Source: Candidatus Bathyarchaeota archaeon (GTDB lineage Archaea; Thermoproteota; Bathyarchaeia; 40CM-2-53-6). Taken from it: a DNA stretch of 64,000 nt. The first letter of the stretch is position 1, and each line of letters starts with the position of its first letter. The notes under the pieces were generated by a model. The model was not told the origin of the DNA. It searched no databases and saw only the letters and a program-made list of their open reading frames with translations. This document shows positions 1 to 10,558 of this stretch, one piece after another. The DNA is taken from assembly GCA_963726255.1 (NCBI GenBank), contig CAVSBL010000002.1:864001-928000 (forward strand), in the 5' to 3' direction. Made by a program: the position numbers and the translations under genes.

Positions 1-252
1 AGAAAAGGGCATGTCATTTCGGTGGCAGTTATGCCGAACTTCAGGAACCTGGGAATTGGGAACTCGCTTGTGGAACAAGCGTTATCGGCGCTGTCGGCAC
101 ACAATGCTGATGAGTGTTACTTGGAGGTCAGGCTCAGTAATACGGAGGCCATCAATCTATACAAGAAAATGGGGTTCGAGGTCGTCCGTACGATTCCCCA
201 CTACTATTTTGATGGTTTCGACGCCTACGTCATGGCGAAGGCGCTCAGCTGA
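1..252 (+). CDS. RimI/Ard1-like GNAT N-acetyltransferase, 5'-truncated by the window edge
   Basis: Frame open from base 1 (RKGHVISVAVMPNFRNLGIG...LEVRLSNTEAINLYKKMGF...YYFDGFDAYVM); typical RimI/Ard1 motifs. Confidence 0.9.
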   Translation, partial: RKGHVISVAVMPNFRNLGIGNSLVEQALSALSAHNADECYLEVRLSNTEAINLYKKMGFEVVRTIPHYYFDGFDAYVMAKALS

Positions 253-290
253 CTCCCCAACAAGCCAACGGCGACACCCACTTGTGAAGG

Positions 291-1650
291 TCATCGCCGA
301 ACAGGTTCAGGGTGTATCGTTACGATTGCATTGTTGATCTTCTGCCTGATCCCTTCTTCGATACGTGAAATCATCGCGTGTATTTCTGAGATAGGTGCGT
401 CGCCGGTGAAAAGGCAGTGCACGTTGATGTGTAACTTGTCGCCGGTTGTATAGATCGTGATCGCGCTGATTTGAAGTACGTCTGGGTAACCTTGAATCAC
501 GGACCTAATCTTCTCGGCTACGTATTTGTCGTCAACCAATGCGCCCCTCGCACTTTCAGCCATCGATGGTTCAAGGTGGACTGTAACTTGGCGAACTTCC
601 GGAACCGATTTTTCAATCCCTCTTTCAATGGACTCTGCTATCCCATGCGCTTTCTCAAGGGGCAATGAAGGGTCAACCTGAACGTGAAGCGTCACGTACA
701 ACCCGTTGCCAATTCTGCGTCACCGATAGATTGTGAAGCCCCCGGGCACCTTCGACTTTCCCGGTTGCGTCTCGGATCTTCAATTCAAGCGGGACGTCCC
801 ATTCCAGCGGTTCCAGATGAATCAAGATCGACGATTTGCCGAGAAGTTTCCCAAGGTTGTTTTCAATCTTTGAAGCGATTGTATCTGCATCTTTGATTCC
901 CGCGAATGGTGAGACAGCCACCACGGCATCGACGTACGTTACTTCCCCGACACGCCTGGCACGGAGTTCCTTGATTTTGAGCACCTCGACAGTTTTGCGG
1001 ATTTCGCCCATGATTGATTGAACAAGTTTTCCAGATACGGCGTCACTGAGGTCGAGTATCGATGCGTAGATCAGTCGAGTGCTCAGATAGCCGAGCATCG
1101 CTGCGAGTGCGAGTGAAATAGCTGTGTCTCCAATCAGGTAACCAAAGCTGACCAACGCCAAAGCAACGAACACGAGTGAGGTCGAAAAGAAATCCGATAT
1201 TGCATGGTAAAGGTCAGCGCGGACCGATAGGCTTCCGGTTTTCAATGCGACGGTCAAAACTCCCATCCTTATGATGTCTATGCCGATCGTGTAAGCGGCC
1301 GCAGCATAGCCCAACGCACTAGGGTGAATCACACTTCCAATGCTCAATCGAAATGCGGCTAGGGCTACGATGCCGATCGCTAGGATAAGTAGTATAATTC
1401 CGCCTACGAGAGCGCCTAGTGATTCGAATTTTCCATGGCCGTAAGTATGGTCTTCATCTGCAGGTTTCAAAGATAAGCTCGTCGCGAGGAGCAGGATCAA
1501 AGTCGATAGTGCATCAAATGAGGCGTGGGCGGAATCGCTTAGCAGTGCTAAGCTTCCGGTATGGATTGCGGCGAAGCTTTCTACCACTATTACTGAGACG
1601 ATTCCGACTAGAGACACCTTAAGTGCTCTAGTCTTCGTGATCCTTGGCAT
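291..1650 (-). CDS. Cation diffusion facilitator (FieF-like) with repeated C-terminal ZT-dimer domains; one-base frameshift near 710
   Basis: SLALLSDSAH, PADEDHTYGHGKFE, HAISD; three IHLEP/VHLEP/IHPEP-ending domains across ORFs 673..1650 and 291..701. Confidence 0.85.
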
Positions 1651-1719
1651 CGATGTAAACGCGAATGGGTCGAAGGTTGGCGGGTTTATGGGTTTATCGG
1701 AGAATTGCTTGTTCGGAGG

Positions 1720-2364
1720 TCATCTGATACGGTAACTCAAGGCCACGCCGTCTCCCAATGGAACGATTATGCTGGACAGCCTCGGGTCCCCGAAAATGCG
1801 TTTCGTGTATTCCATGATGCCGCGTACACCTTCCCTCCCCACGTCGCCTCGAACAGTCGCACCGCTCCATAGCATGTTATCTGCCAAGATTGTGCTTCCG
1901 GTTCTAGTCAGTCTCAGAGCATGATCTAAGTATGCGGGATATTCGTCTTTGTCGGCGTCAATGAAGACTAAATCGAATGGCCCATTCATATTGTGAAGCA
2001 TGTCGAGGGCTGGGCCACGATGAATCTCAACGCGTCCTTCCAGACCAGCCTTTCCTATGACATTCCGGAGAACCTCTACGACTTTCGGGTTGACTTCAAT
2101 TGCGTGCAATGTTCCCTTATTGCCCATGCCTTTCATGAACCAGAGCGCGCTGTAGCCGGCACCAGAACCAATTTCGAGGACACTTTGAGGGCTAGTCATT
2201 CTGGCCAGTAACTCAAGGAAGCGACCTCTTGTTGGATCGATTGGAAAGACGCCCTGTTCCCTCAGTTCCTGCGATTTCCCATAGACCCATTTCTGAAGCC
2301 TAGAATCTTCCCCAACGAGCCGTTGGACATAGCCCAAGACTTCTTCGTACTCCATTAAATCCAC
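1720..2364 (-). CDS. O-methyltransferase (YrrM/CCoAOMT family)
   Basis: VLEIGSGAGYSA, FDLVFIDADK, ADNMLW, PLGDG. Confidence 0.9.
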   Translation of the reverse strand: MDLMEYEEVLGYVQRLVGEDSRLQKWVYGKSQELREQGVFPIDPTRGRFLELLARMTSPQSVLEIGSGAGYSALWFMKGMGNKGTLHAIEVNPKVVEVLRNVIGKAGLEGRVEIHRGPALDMLHNMNGPFDLVFIDADKDEYPAYLDHALRLTRTGSTILADNMLWSGATVRGDVGREGVRGIMEYTKRIFGDPRLSSIIVPLGDGVALSYRIR

Positions 2365-2472
2365 CTAGCAACAATCGTCGTAGAAACCGCAGTTCCTGCA
2401 TCTCGACCTGGCCTTGCTACCCGAAACGAACTCAAGAGGACCACCGCAACTCGGACAGCTCGTAAGCTCCAT
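2365..2472 (-). CDS. Tiny Zn-ribbon protein (35 aa)
   Basis: MELTSCPSCGG...CRNCGFYDDCC; abuts the methyltransferase start. Confidence 0.6.
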   Translation of the reverse strand: MELTSCPSCGGPLEFVSGSKARSRCRNCGFYDDCC

Positions 2473-2586
2473 ATCTATCCCAATTGACCCCCAGTTTGAA
2501 AACTCCGCATTCATAAGAATTAGTTCCGACGGTGCGGCGGAAATATTATCTTGCTCGTCCGCATTTGTCATTATTGCGTGAACAGG

Positions 2587-2955
2587 TTGGTTAAGAAGTG
2601 CTCAGCCTGCGGAGCCGAGAACAGAAACGAAGCCAATTACTGTTTGAAATGCGGGCGATCAGTCGTAATTCGACCTGCCCACTTTGTTCGTGAAGCTGAG
2701 GCTCCTTCCGCTACTCAAGTCCTGCCCATTGGACGGCCGGATGGATGCGTTTACCATCCGTGGCTTGCGAGTCAGTTCAATTGCTCGATGTGCGGCGTGC
2801 CGATTTGCATGAGCTGCGTACGGTACGAATATCGAAGTGTCTACTGCCCAGTCTGCCACGCACGCAACTTCCCACCCAGGCTTACCGTGCCGTTCGTCCG
2901 TGGACCGGCCTTGCTCTACCAAAACTACCCCTACTGGCGCAAAATCCTTAGCTGA
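2587..2955 (+). CDS. Zn-ribbon plus B-box-like zinc finger protein
   Basis: CSACG...YCLKCG then CVYHP..CSMCGVPICMSC...YCPVC; TTG start. Confidence 0.75.
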   Translation: MVKKCSACGAENRNEANYCLKCGRSVVIRPAHFVREAEAPSATQVLPIGRPDGCVYHPWLASQFNCSMCGVPICMSCVRYEYRSVYCPVCHARNFPPRLTVPFVRGPALLYQNYPYWRKILS

Positions 2956-2980
2956 TTCGGGAAGCCTTAGCTCCAGAAGC

Positions 2981-3226
2981 CTACCGACTGGATTTCGGCC
3001 TGATGAAGAAGTAAAGAGTAATTATCCCTGCAAGTGCTGTAGGCAAGTACACAATCATAACTTCGAAGTCCAACGCCAGGAATGCGCTCTCCAACAGGCG
3101 CATGCTTAGGATGCAGACGGAGACTACTAGCAGGATCAAGAACGCGAAAAGCCAGAGCCTTCTCTCGTCCTCTGAATTTGGCGAAGCTGCCAAACTATAA
3201 TTCCGCTTCTTCACGTTCGCCCTCAA
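2981..3226 (-). CDS. Small two-TM membrane protein (start uncertain)
   Basis: Two hydrophobic segments; co-oriented downstream of rpoK. Confidence 0.5.
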   Translation of the reverse strand: MRANVKKRNYSLAASPNSEDERRLWLFAFLILLVVSVCILSMRLLESAFLALDFEVMIVYLPTALAGIITLYFFIRPKSSR

Positions 3227-3497
3227 GAAGTGTTTTGAGCGGAATGTTCATGCTGGTCCCGTCGGGCAGTGCTCTTCGAATACTAATCGGAAGCGCACCT
3301 TCTTGAAGTTCAAGTTCGGCAAGTTCTATGGGGGACTTGATTGACTCGGGTACGTCCAAGAGTACGGGGGCGCCCATGGAAATTTGTAGAGCTCGCGCAC
3401 CCACGATCCGAGCACGTTCAAAACGTGTTAGTTTTTTCGGACCGATAAGCTGAATTGCAGTTTTCCTATGACTCGCCTTCTCCTTCTTCTTTGGCAC
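3195..3497 (-). CDS. rpoK: RNA polymerase subunit Rpo6 (K)
   Basis: LTRFERARIVGARALQISMGAP...ELQEGALPISIRRALPDG. Confidence 0.97.
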   Translation of the reverse strand: MPKKKEKASHRKTAIQLIGPKKLTRFERARIVGARALQISMGAPVLLDVPESIKSPIELAELELQEGALPISIRRALPDGTSMNIPLKTLLEGEREEAEL

Positions 3498-5130
3498 TTT
3501 CTTCGGGCCCCTTGGGCGCTCCGCCTTGCTTCGACTTTGAGGACGCTATGATATCGTCAATCCTCAGGATCATCGCAGCGGCTTCGCCAGCGGATTTCAG
3601 AGCTTGTACCTTTACTGCGAGGGGCTCATAAACTTCGAGTTTTGAGAGATCCGCTACGTTTCCTTTGAATGGATCAATACCTACCCACTTTGCTTTGGCG
3701 GCTTTGGCTTGGTGCTTCGACCTCACTTCCATTAGAGAGTCAATTGGGTCCATGCCAGCGTTTTCCGCTAGGGTCATTGGAATAACCTCCAGTGCCTCCG
3801 CGTAGGCTTGAACTGCCAATTGCTCCTTCCCCGACAGCTTTTGAGCATAACCCCTGAGCATTCTGGCCACTTCGGCCTCAGGAGCTCCTCCACCCGCAAC
3901 CACTAGAGGTTCAACAACGACATCGCGTACAACGCATAACGCATCGTGAATAGCGCGCTCCGCTTCATCCACCACCCTTTCAGTCCCGCCCCGAACTAGG
4001 ATACTGACGGCCTTCGGGTTCCTACAGCCTTCCACAAACGTCATCTTATCATCAGAAACTTTCCGTTCCTCGACCAGATTCGCCCGTCCCAGGTCGGAGG
4101 ACTTCAAGTCTTCGAGTTGTGTAAGGATTGTTGCGCCTGTCGCTTTGGCAAGGTTCTCCATGTCCGATTCTTTGACACGCCTAACGGCCAATATGTTCTT
4201 CTTGGACATGAAATGTTGCGCAACATCGTCGATACCTTTCTCGCAGATGACCACGTTGGCCCCGCTTGAGGCAATTTTGTCAACCATTTCCCGAAGGATT
4301 TTCTCCTCCTCGTCGAGGAAGCTTTTCATCTGATTCGGGTCCTTGATGTTGAGTTTAGCATCGAACTCGGTCTTCTCTACCTCCAACGGGCAATTCAGCA
4401 GAGCAATGTGAGCATTCTCGACGCGGTGGGGCATTCCCGGGTGAACGACTTCCTTATCGAGCACAATACCCTGAATCAGTGCAGTGTCGGTGAGTGAGCC
4501 GCCAGGCTTTTTTTCGACCTTGATGTCATCGATATCAGCTTTGAAGTCGGTATCCGACTTTTCAGTCACCTGTAGAACGGCCTTCACGGCAAGCTCCGCA
4601 GCGAAGTCCTTGTGTTCGGCCAGCAGTTTGCTCGCGAGGGCAACTTTGGCGATTTTCTTCAGCATTACTTTGTCAGTGGGGCTGACTTTCACGGCGATCT
4701 TCCGTAGGAATTCAAGTGCCTTTTCATTGGCAATCTGGTAGCCGTCAACGATCACTGTTGGGTGGACATCCTTGTCCATCAAGGCTTGGGCTTTAGATAA
4801 TAGCTCGCCAGCGAGAACCACTGCCGTAGTGGTTCCGTCTCCCACTTCGTCATCCTGTGTCTTAGCTACTTCCACCATCATTTTTGCGGCAGGGTGTTGG
4901 ACGTCCATCTCGTCAAGAATCGTCGCGCCGTCATTGCTGATGGTGACGTCCCCAAAACCATCGACAAGCATCTTATCCATCCCTTTGGGGCCAAGGGAGG
5001 ACCTGACCGATTCTGCAATCACCATTGCGGCCATAATATCTGCATGCTGAGCTTCTCGGCCTTGGGTGCTGGAAGTTCCTTCTTTGAGTATCTGTGCCCG
5101 TTGCCCACCGATAATTGCAGACAAACCCAA
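3466..5130 (-). CDS. ths: Thermosome (group II chaperonin) subunit
   Basis: [36 protein letters not shown]. Confidence 0.97.
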   Translation of the reverse strand: MGLSAIIGGQRAQILKEGTSSTQGREAQHADIMAAMVIAESVRSSLGPKGMDKMLVDGFGDVTISNDGATILDEMDVQHPAAKMMVEVAKTQDDEVGDGTTTAVVLAGELLSKAQALMDKDVHPTVIVDGYQIANEKALEFLRKIAVKVSPTDKVMLKKIAKVALASKLLAEHKDFAAELAVKAVLQVTEKSDTDFKADIDDIKVEKKPGGSLTDTALIQGIVLDKEVVHPGMPHRVENAHIALLNCPLEVEKTEFDAKLNIKDPNQMKSFLDEEEKILREMVDKIASSGANVVICEKGIDDVAQHFMSKKNILAVRRVKESDMENLAKATGATILTQLEDLKSSDLGRANLVEERKVSDDKMTFVEGCRNPKAVSILVRGGTERVVDEAERAIHDALCVVRDVVVEPLVVAGGGAPEAEVARMLRGYAQKLSGKEQLAVQAYAEALEVIPMTLAENAGMDPIDSLMEVRSKHQAKAAKAKWVGIDPFKGNVADLSKLEVYEPLAVKVQALKSAGEAAAMILRIDDIIASSKSKQGGAPKGPEESAKEEGEGES

Positions 5131-5492
5131 AAGCCTCCGCTACACCGAGCAACTCTCCAACAAAAACAACTTCATATAAGGCTTCTGTTAGCCGGCCTTG
5201 GTACCTTGGCGTTTGGTCGGTTGGCTGGTTTTGGCTGTTACTTATCGTTTGGTGAGGGAATTTGGACGGGCTCCTCCACACCGCACAGGTGACGGAATGA
5301 CTGCGCGTTCACAGTACCTCTAACGTCTTCACCTGGATTGCTATACAGTTCTACTTCGATTTTCCCAAAACCGAAAGGGTGTTTTCACCTCGGCCATTCC
5401 CCATTTGCCATTCCATCCATTCCCTGCCATGTCTAGAAACACTTTTAGATGGACGTTCGAGTAGCAGCGAACGCGGCTTCGGGACGATTATC

Positions 5493-6611
5493 GTGCGCGA
5501 CTTAATCCGAATAAACCAGCCCATTATCGGCAAAGAAGAGATTGATGCCGCGACTGAAGTCTTGAAGAGCGGAATTCTGACCGAAAAGAGTGGGATGGGC
5601 CCTAGAGTCCTTGAATTCGAGAAGGACTTCGCGCGTTATGTTGGGGCCAAGCATGCTGTGGCTTTGAATACTGGAACGGCAGCGCTTCATACTGCCGTGC
5701 TGGTCGCGGGCGTTAAGTCTGGAGATGAAGTAATCATCCCGTCATTTACATTTCACGCCACGGCGGAAGTGGTCCTGATGGCGGGGGCTGAACCAGTCTT
5801 CGCGGACATAGACCCAGACACATACACAATAACAGCCGAGACCGTCGAGGCCGTAATGACGCGGAATACGAAAGTGATCATGCCGGTTCATTTGTACGGG
5901 TTGCCAGCGGATTTGGACCCCTTGAAGAAACTTGCCAGGGAACGCGGGGTTACCTTGATTGAGGATGCGGCGCAGGCACACGGAGCGGAGTACAATGGGT
6001 CGAAGATCGGGTCTATCGGTGACATGACCTGCTTCAGCATGTACGCGGGTAAGAACATGACCACCGGCGAGGGGGGCATGGTCACAACGAACGATGACGA
6101 CTACTCCGAAAGGTTACGTATGGTTAGGTCCCACGGCGAACAACGCCCCTATTGGCCAGTGACCGTTGGAAACAATTACAGGATGACTGAACTGCTTGCT
6201 GCGGTGGGAGAGGCGCAGTTGAAGAAACTCCCCTCTTTCTTGGAGCGTAGAAGAAAGAATGCTCAGTTTTTCGGCGAGAAGTTTGGGGTTCTCGGAAAAG
6301 TGGTGCCCCCGAAAGAGCCTGAGGGTAGGAAAAGTGCGTGGTATCTGTATACGTTGAGGTTGCGTGGGGCGAATGCTGGGAAACGTAACAAGGTTATCGA
6401 AAAGCTTCGGTCAAGGAACATTGAGGCGGCGGTCTACTATGAGTCCCCGTTGCATCTCCTACCGTTGTACCGCGAACGATCTACTTCACGCCGGCCTCTA
6501 CCTGAGACAGAGAAAGCTTGCAGGCAAGTCTTCTCCCTACCGGTGCACCCGAAGCTCGCAGAACCCGAGCTGGAATATATTTTCGATACAGTGAAGCGGG
6601 TTCTAACGTGA
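5493..6611 (+). CDS. DegT/DnrJ/EryC1/StrS PLP aminotransferase
   Basis: IEDAAQAHGA, FSMYAGKNMTTGEGG, SLPVHP; GTG start chosen. Confidence 0.93.
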   Translation: MRDLIRINQPIIGKEEIDAATEVLKSGILTEKSGMGPRVLEFEKDFARYVGAKHAVALNTGTAALHTAVLVAGVKSGDEVIIPSFTFHATAEVVLMAGAEPVFADIDPDTYTITAETVEAVMTRNTKVIMPVHLYGLPADLDPLKKLARERGVTLIEDAAQAHGAEYNGSKIGSIGDMTCFSMYAGKNMTTGEGGMVTTNDDDYSERLRMVRSHGEQRPYWPVTVGNNYRMTELLAAVGEAQLKKLPSFLERRRKNAQFFGEKFGVLGKVVPPKEPEGRKSAWYLYTLRLRGANAGKRNKVIEKLRSRNIEAAVYYESPLHLLPLYRERSTSRRPLPETEKACRQVFSLPVHPKLAEPELEYIFDTVKRVLT

Positions 6612-7031
6612 CTTCTGGGTTACCAGAATAGGGACCGAACGCAGGATTTCATCCAAAGTCGGCCTCGTGGTTTCCCGAATCTCGTAGCCGACGCGAAGAG
6701 CAGGCTTAGCGATGTTTTGAAAATTCTTTCCTCATCCCGTAGAACATGACATTCTTCATCCTTCTTCCATGATTGAGTTGAGCATGGTCATCGTGTTTCG
6801 AGTGACCATTTTCAGGTGACCAAGCACTTTGAGCAAATCTGGAATGAGAACGTGGGTTTTGCCTTTTTCCGCTCAAGGAGAGATCTCGTCAACTATTATG
6901 AGGATCTTGGCACCGTTAAACTACGCAGAAGCGCTAAAGGATGTAAAATGATCAGCTGCACAATTAGCTGTGACGACGATGCCTTTGCCATGCAGAGAGC
7001 GCCGAATCCAGAACGGTGGAATACTTGCCTA

Positions 7032-7061
7032 GTGTGTGCGCACCACTAGACCCACACACAC
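7032..7061 (+). repeat. Dispersed 28-bp imperfect palindrome (reference copy)
   Basis: GTGTGTGCGCA-CCACTA-GACCCACACAC; related copies at 8313, 8721, 34522, 35555, 45684, 47500, 49256, 59274, 60201. Confidence 0.9.
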
Positions 7062-7064
7062 TGA

Positions 7065-7111
7065 GACGACGGTTCAAATCCAGTCGCCCGCACCACCATG
7101 CCCACACACAC
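7065..7111 (+). repeat. 47-bp direct repeat copy 1 (tRNA-3'-end-like segment fused to the palindrome right arm)
   Basis: GACGACGGTTCAAATCCAGTCGCCCGCACCACCATGCCCACACACAC, identical to 7681..7727; variant at 7131..7161. Confidence 0.95.
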
Positions 7112-7198
7112 ATTTTTACGAACGATGGGCGACGACGGTTCAAATTCCGCAGGGCACACCAGAAACGCTTAAGTAACGAAAATGCACGACGCTTCGGC

Positions 7199-7618
7199 AT
7201 GAAAGCAATAGCCCTTTTCTTCCCCTTGGCTGCCTTCGTCGTCTTCGCTCAGGGCCTGACGGGAGCGTATACGGTCCTAGCCTTCTACGACTTCGGAGCC
7301 CACATGACCACTGGCTACGTGACAGGCATCTTCGCTCTGGTAGCTGTGATTCTGGCCTTTGCCGCGAAACCGAAGTACAACGCGCTGCGATACTCGTCAG
7401 TGGTCTTCTTCGCGCTCGTTGTCATACAGGGCCTCATAGGGTTTTCCGCTGAGACAAGCGACGAGATCGTGGGCATCCACTTCATCAACTTTCTAGTACT
7501 CTTCGGCATTTCCATCGCCATGGTGTTCTACGCCTTCCGATGGAACAGGATGGGAAGTGCCACCCAGCGGCAAAGCGACAGAGCGGCCGCCAGGCGGCGT
7601 AAGACGCGTACACGGTAG
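7199..7618 (+). CDS. Four-TM membrane protein with conserved-looking His residues
   Basis: MKAIALFFP...QGLTG...H...QGLIG...GIH; lies between the 47-bp repeats. Confidence 0.75.
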   Translation: MKAIALFFPLAAFVVFAQGLTGAYTVLAFYDFGAHMTTGYVTGIFALVAVILAFAAKPKYNALRYSSVVFFALVVIQGLIGFSAETSDEIVGIHFINFLVLFGISIAMVFYAFRWNRMGSATQRQSDRAAARRRKTRTR

Positions 7619-7680
7619 TAATAGAGAGACCGATATGACTAGTGTAGGTGTGCACACGCACACTTCTACTAACGAAGAAC

Positions 7681-7727
7681 GACGACGGTTCAAATCCAGT
7701 CGCCCGCACCACCATGCCCACACACAC
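7681..7727 (+). repeat. 47-bp direct repeat copy 2
   Basis: Exact match to 7065..7111. Confidence 0.95.
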
Positions 7728-7784
7728 GAAAACGACCACAAACGACGTTTCACCATAAAGCGACCGCCGGGAGTCTGACCCGTT

Positions 7785-8237
7785 TCATGCAGTATGAGGT
7801 TTCTGCCGAAGCTGCCGAAGTATGCTCCCCATGTCGAATTCTGCCCATTCCTCAACAATCCTTCCTTCCTCGATACGGGATATATCGATGAACGCAAACT
7901 TCGTTCGTGCTCCTGTGGACGGGATGCTCTGATACTCGCCTGTGTGATCTGCGTACATTTTCACACGACTTGCTACTCTGTCTCCTTCTGCTATCTGATC
8001 CTCAACGGTCGTGCGTATGTTCGAGAAAGCATAGAAGAAGAACATCTCATCATGCTTGCGACCAGTCGAGTCCATTGGCTCACCCCCACCTGGAGGATAA
8101 TATGCGTGCTTTGGGGCTAGGAACGACCAGACTGTATTCGCATCTCCCGAATCGTACGCTTTGAAATACGCTCGGATCAGGGTTTTGTTCTGTTCTCTTC
8201 GATCTCCTTCATCTTTCTGCAACTGTCTTGTCTTCAA
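7785..8237 (-). CDS. SnoaL-like ester cyclase (NTF2 fold)
   Basis: EDQIAEGDRVASR...HTGEYQSIPSTG...IEEGRIVEEW..D. Confidence 0.9.
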   Translation of the reverse strand: MKTRQLQKDEGDRREQNKTLIRAYFKAYDSGDANTVWSFLAPKHAYYPPGGGEPMDSTGRKHDEMFFFYAFSNIRTTVEDQIAEGDRVASRVKMYADHTGEYQSIPSTGARTKFAFIDISRIEEGRIVEEWAEFDMGSILRQLRQKPHTA

Positions 8238-8312
8238 ATACCTAATCCAACATGAGACCCGTCAAGTTAACAGCTTCAATGCCTGAATTCGATGCCCACA
8301 TACAAGCATTTA

Positions 8313-8340
8313 GTGTGGGTCCAATGGTGCGCGCACACAC
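8313..8340 (-). repeat. Dispersed palindrome copy (minus orientation)
   Basis: Reverse complement GTGTGTGCGCGCACCATTGGACCCACAC. Confidence 0.85.
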
Positions 8341-8459
8341 TTCAGAACGGTCCAGAGTGCAACAGGAAAGATTGTATTCGCGCGCTTAGATCAATCCGAC
8401 GAGGCTTTGATTTGGCCAGACATGAATGGCAGAGGAAACGAAAAAGAATAGTAAGCCAG

Positions 8460-8660
8460 ATGGGGCCGTCCGAAATCAAGATGGATCTAAATGAAGCCGC
8501 AAGACGTGCGGAGGCGTTCGCCAAGAGCGAGTCGGATCAGGCAGCGGTCACGGACAAATATGAAGATGCGGACTATTACGTTATCAAAGGCGTTTCCCCA
8601 AGCGGCGAATGGACAGTTATGTTCGATAAGAGAAACGGGAGAAGAGCATTCCCTCCATAA
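8460..8660 (+). CDS. Small hypothetical protein
   Basis: MGPSEIKMDLNEAARRAEAF...WTVMFDKRNG; lies between two palindrome copies. Confidence 0.55.
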   Translation: MGPSEIKMDLNEAARRAEAFAKSESDQAAVTDKYEDADYYVIKGVSPSGEWTVMFDKRNGRRAFPP

Positions 8661-8720
8661 ATGCGCGATTTTCGTGCATGTCGCACCGACCGGTCGTCCG
8701 CCGTCGTTTTCGTTTGTTTT

Positions 8721-8748
8721 GTGTGTGTGCGCACCACCATGCCACACA
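8721..8748 (+). repeat. Dispersed palindrome copy
   Basis: GTGTGTGTGCGCACCACCATGCCACACA, preceded by a CCGTCGTTTTCG module. Confidence 0.85.
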
Positions 8749-8971
8749 TAGAAAGACTGGTCCGCCTAAGTCTAAGTGAGCCTCTCGGCCGTCATGCCTC
8801 CTGACCTTGTAGTCAGTCGTCGGGGACCATCTGCACGGTCGCTGAGCACGATGCAATGCGTAATGCACCCGATGTTGGGTGCAATGCACCCCCTCAAGAT
8901 AGTGCGGACAGGAGCGCGTGTCAGCATTGCCGGCGAATATCGCTCTCTCTCAGAGCATTTCGCCTTGCATG

Positions 8972-10369
8972 CTAGTTGAAGCGTTTGCTCAAGAGCTCTT
9001 CTAGGTTCGGCGACCCCAACTCCTCGAGCTCATATCTAGCGCGAACCGCTGGTTTGTTCAAGTTCATCACTTTCCGCAGGTCAATTGGAGTTCCCACAAC
9101 TACAGCGTCACATGGTGTGGCGTTGATTGTTTCTTGGAGCTCTTTGATCTGGTGTTCACCGTAGCCCAACGCAGGTAGCACATTTGCCAAGTGCGTGAAC
9201 TTCTCGTATGCTTTTTGGATTGAGCCTACGGCAAATGGTCTCGGGTCCACAATTTCACTTGCGCCAAAGGTCTGAGCTGCTATGGTACCCGCTCCATACG
9301 GCATGCCTCCGTGAGTGACCGTTGGGCCGTCTTCGATCACGAGAACGCGTTTACCTTTCACGATTTCAGGGTTATCAAGTGTCACGACCGAAGCCCCCAT
9401 GATTATGGTTGCCTTTGGATTGACTTCTTGGATGTTTTTCCGCACGGTCTCGACATTTTTCGGGTCAGCCGTGTTAACCTTGTTTATGACGACAACATCA
9501 GCCATCCTAATGTTGGCTTCTCCAGGGTGATAGGTAAGCTCATGGTTCGGTCGATAGGGGTCAGCTACGACTATTTGTAGATCTGGTTTGTAGAAGGGTA
9601 GGTCATTGTTGCCGCCGTCCCAAATGATTACGTCTGCTTCCTTCTCGGCTTCGTGTAGAATACGTTCATAATCAACTCCAGCGTAGATCACCATACCTCT
9701 AGCTACGTATGCCTCGTATTCTTCGCGTTCTTCGATTGTACATTGGTACTTGTCAAGGTCTTGGAACGTGCCAAAACGCTCACAAATCTGCTTGGACAAG
9801 TCACCATAAGGCATCGGATGCCTTACAGCGACAACACGGTAGCCTCGATCCTGCAAGATCTTGCAGACTTTGCGGGATGTTTGACTCTTACCACAACCCG
9901 TCCGCACAGCGCAAATCGAAACCACAGGCTTCTTTGACTTGAGCATAGTGTTGGACGCACCCATTAAGCGGAAATCAGGTCCGGCAGCGATGACCGCTGA
10001 ACCCTTGTGCATCACATATTCGTGCGATACATCGCTGTACGCAAAAACTACCTCTCCGACTCCATGTTTTCGAATAATGTCCAGTAATTGGTCTTCAGGG
10101 CGTATTGGAATTCCCTTTGGATATAGTGAGCCTGCCAGTACACGGGGATAAGTACGACTCTCTATTCCTGGAATCTGAGTCGCCGTGAATGCCACAACTT
10201 CATACGCCTTATTGTGGCGGTAGAACACGTTGAAATTATGAAAATCTCTACCCGCGGCACCCATTATGACAACTTTTACAGGAGAATTCTTCGGTGAATT
10301 TCTAATTCTTCTGGATGACTGACGAGTCTTCCGCGCACGATTTGGCTTCTTCATAGACATTCTCAGCAT
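8972..10369 (-). CDS. Cyclic 2,3-diphosphoglycerate synthetase-family GTPase (start uncertain)
   Basis: MGAAGRDFHNFN, AVRTGCGKSQT, RHPMPYG, WDGGNND, EDGPT. Confidence 0.88.
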   Translation of the reverse strand: MLRMSMKKPNRARKTRQSSRRIRNSPKNSPVKVVIMGAAGRDFHNFNVFYRHNKAYEVVAFTATQIPGIESRTYPRVLAGSLYPKGIPIRPEDQLLDIIRKHGVGEVVFAYSDVSHEYVMHKGSAVIAAGPDFRLMGASNTMLKSKKPVVSICAVRTGCGKSQTSRKVCKILQDRGYRVVAVRHPMPYGDLSKQICERFGTFQDLDKYQCTIEEREEYEAYVARGMVIYAGVDYERILHEAEKEADVIIWDGGNNDLPFYKPDLQIVVADPYRPNHELTYHPGEANIRMADVVVINKVNTADPKNVETVRKNIQEVNPKATIIMGASVVTLDNPEIVKGKRVLVIEDGPTVTHGGMPYGAGTIAAQTFGASEIVDPRPFAVGSIQKAYEKFTHLANVLPALGYGEHQIKELQETINATPCDAVVVGTPIDLRKVMNLNKPAVRARYELEELGSPNLEELLSKRFN

Positions 10370-10558
10370 TCAGCGAACGGTTCCACTCAATTCGTGTTAC
10401 CTGTTGGGCGGCTAGAAACCGGTATTAGTTATCCTTTTTGTCGGAAAACTACACTTTTGGACGTATTTTGGCTGAAATGGAAGGGCACGCCCAACTTTAA
10501 AGAACAGAAGGCGAAAAGGGATTTTCCACAGATCAATGGTTTTACTGAGGAAAAATTC

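Noticed and set aside
3466-3497. 32-nt thermosome/rpoK overlap as a special feature
   Set aside because: Involves low-complexity charged termini and the rpoK start is uncertain; ordinary compact operon.
7065-7161. Functional tRNA genes
   Set aside because: Only T-arm/acceptor-3'-like portions are present, the T stem is bulged, and there is no D arm, anticodon arm or 5' acceptor strand.
7032-7727. CRISPR array
   Set aside because: Only two exact 47-bp copies 616 bp apart enclosing a gene; no regular spacers and no cas genes in the window.
7485-7897. ORFs reading VVRATGFEP / WCGRLDLN as integrase fragments
   Set aside because: These are antisense translations of the tRNA-like repeat; no tyrosine or serine recombinase motifs seen anywhere in the window.
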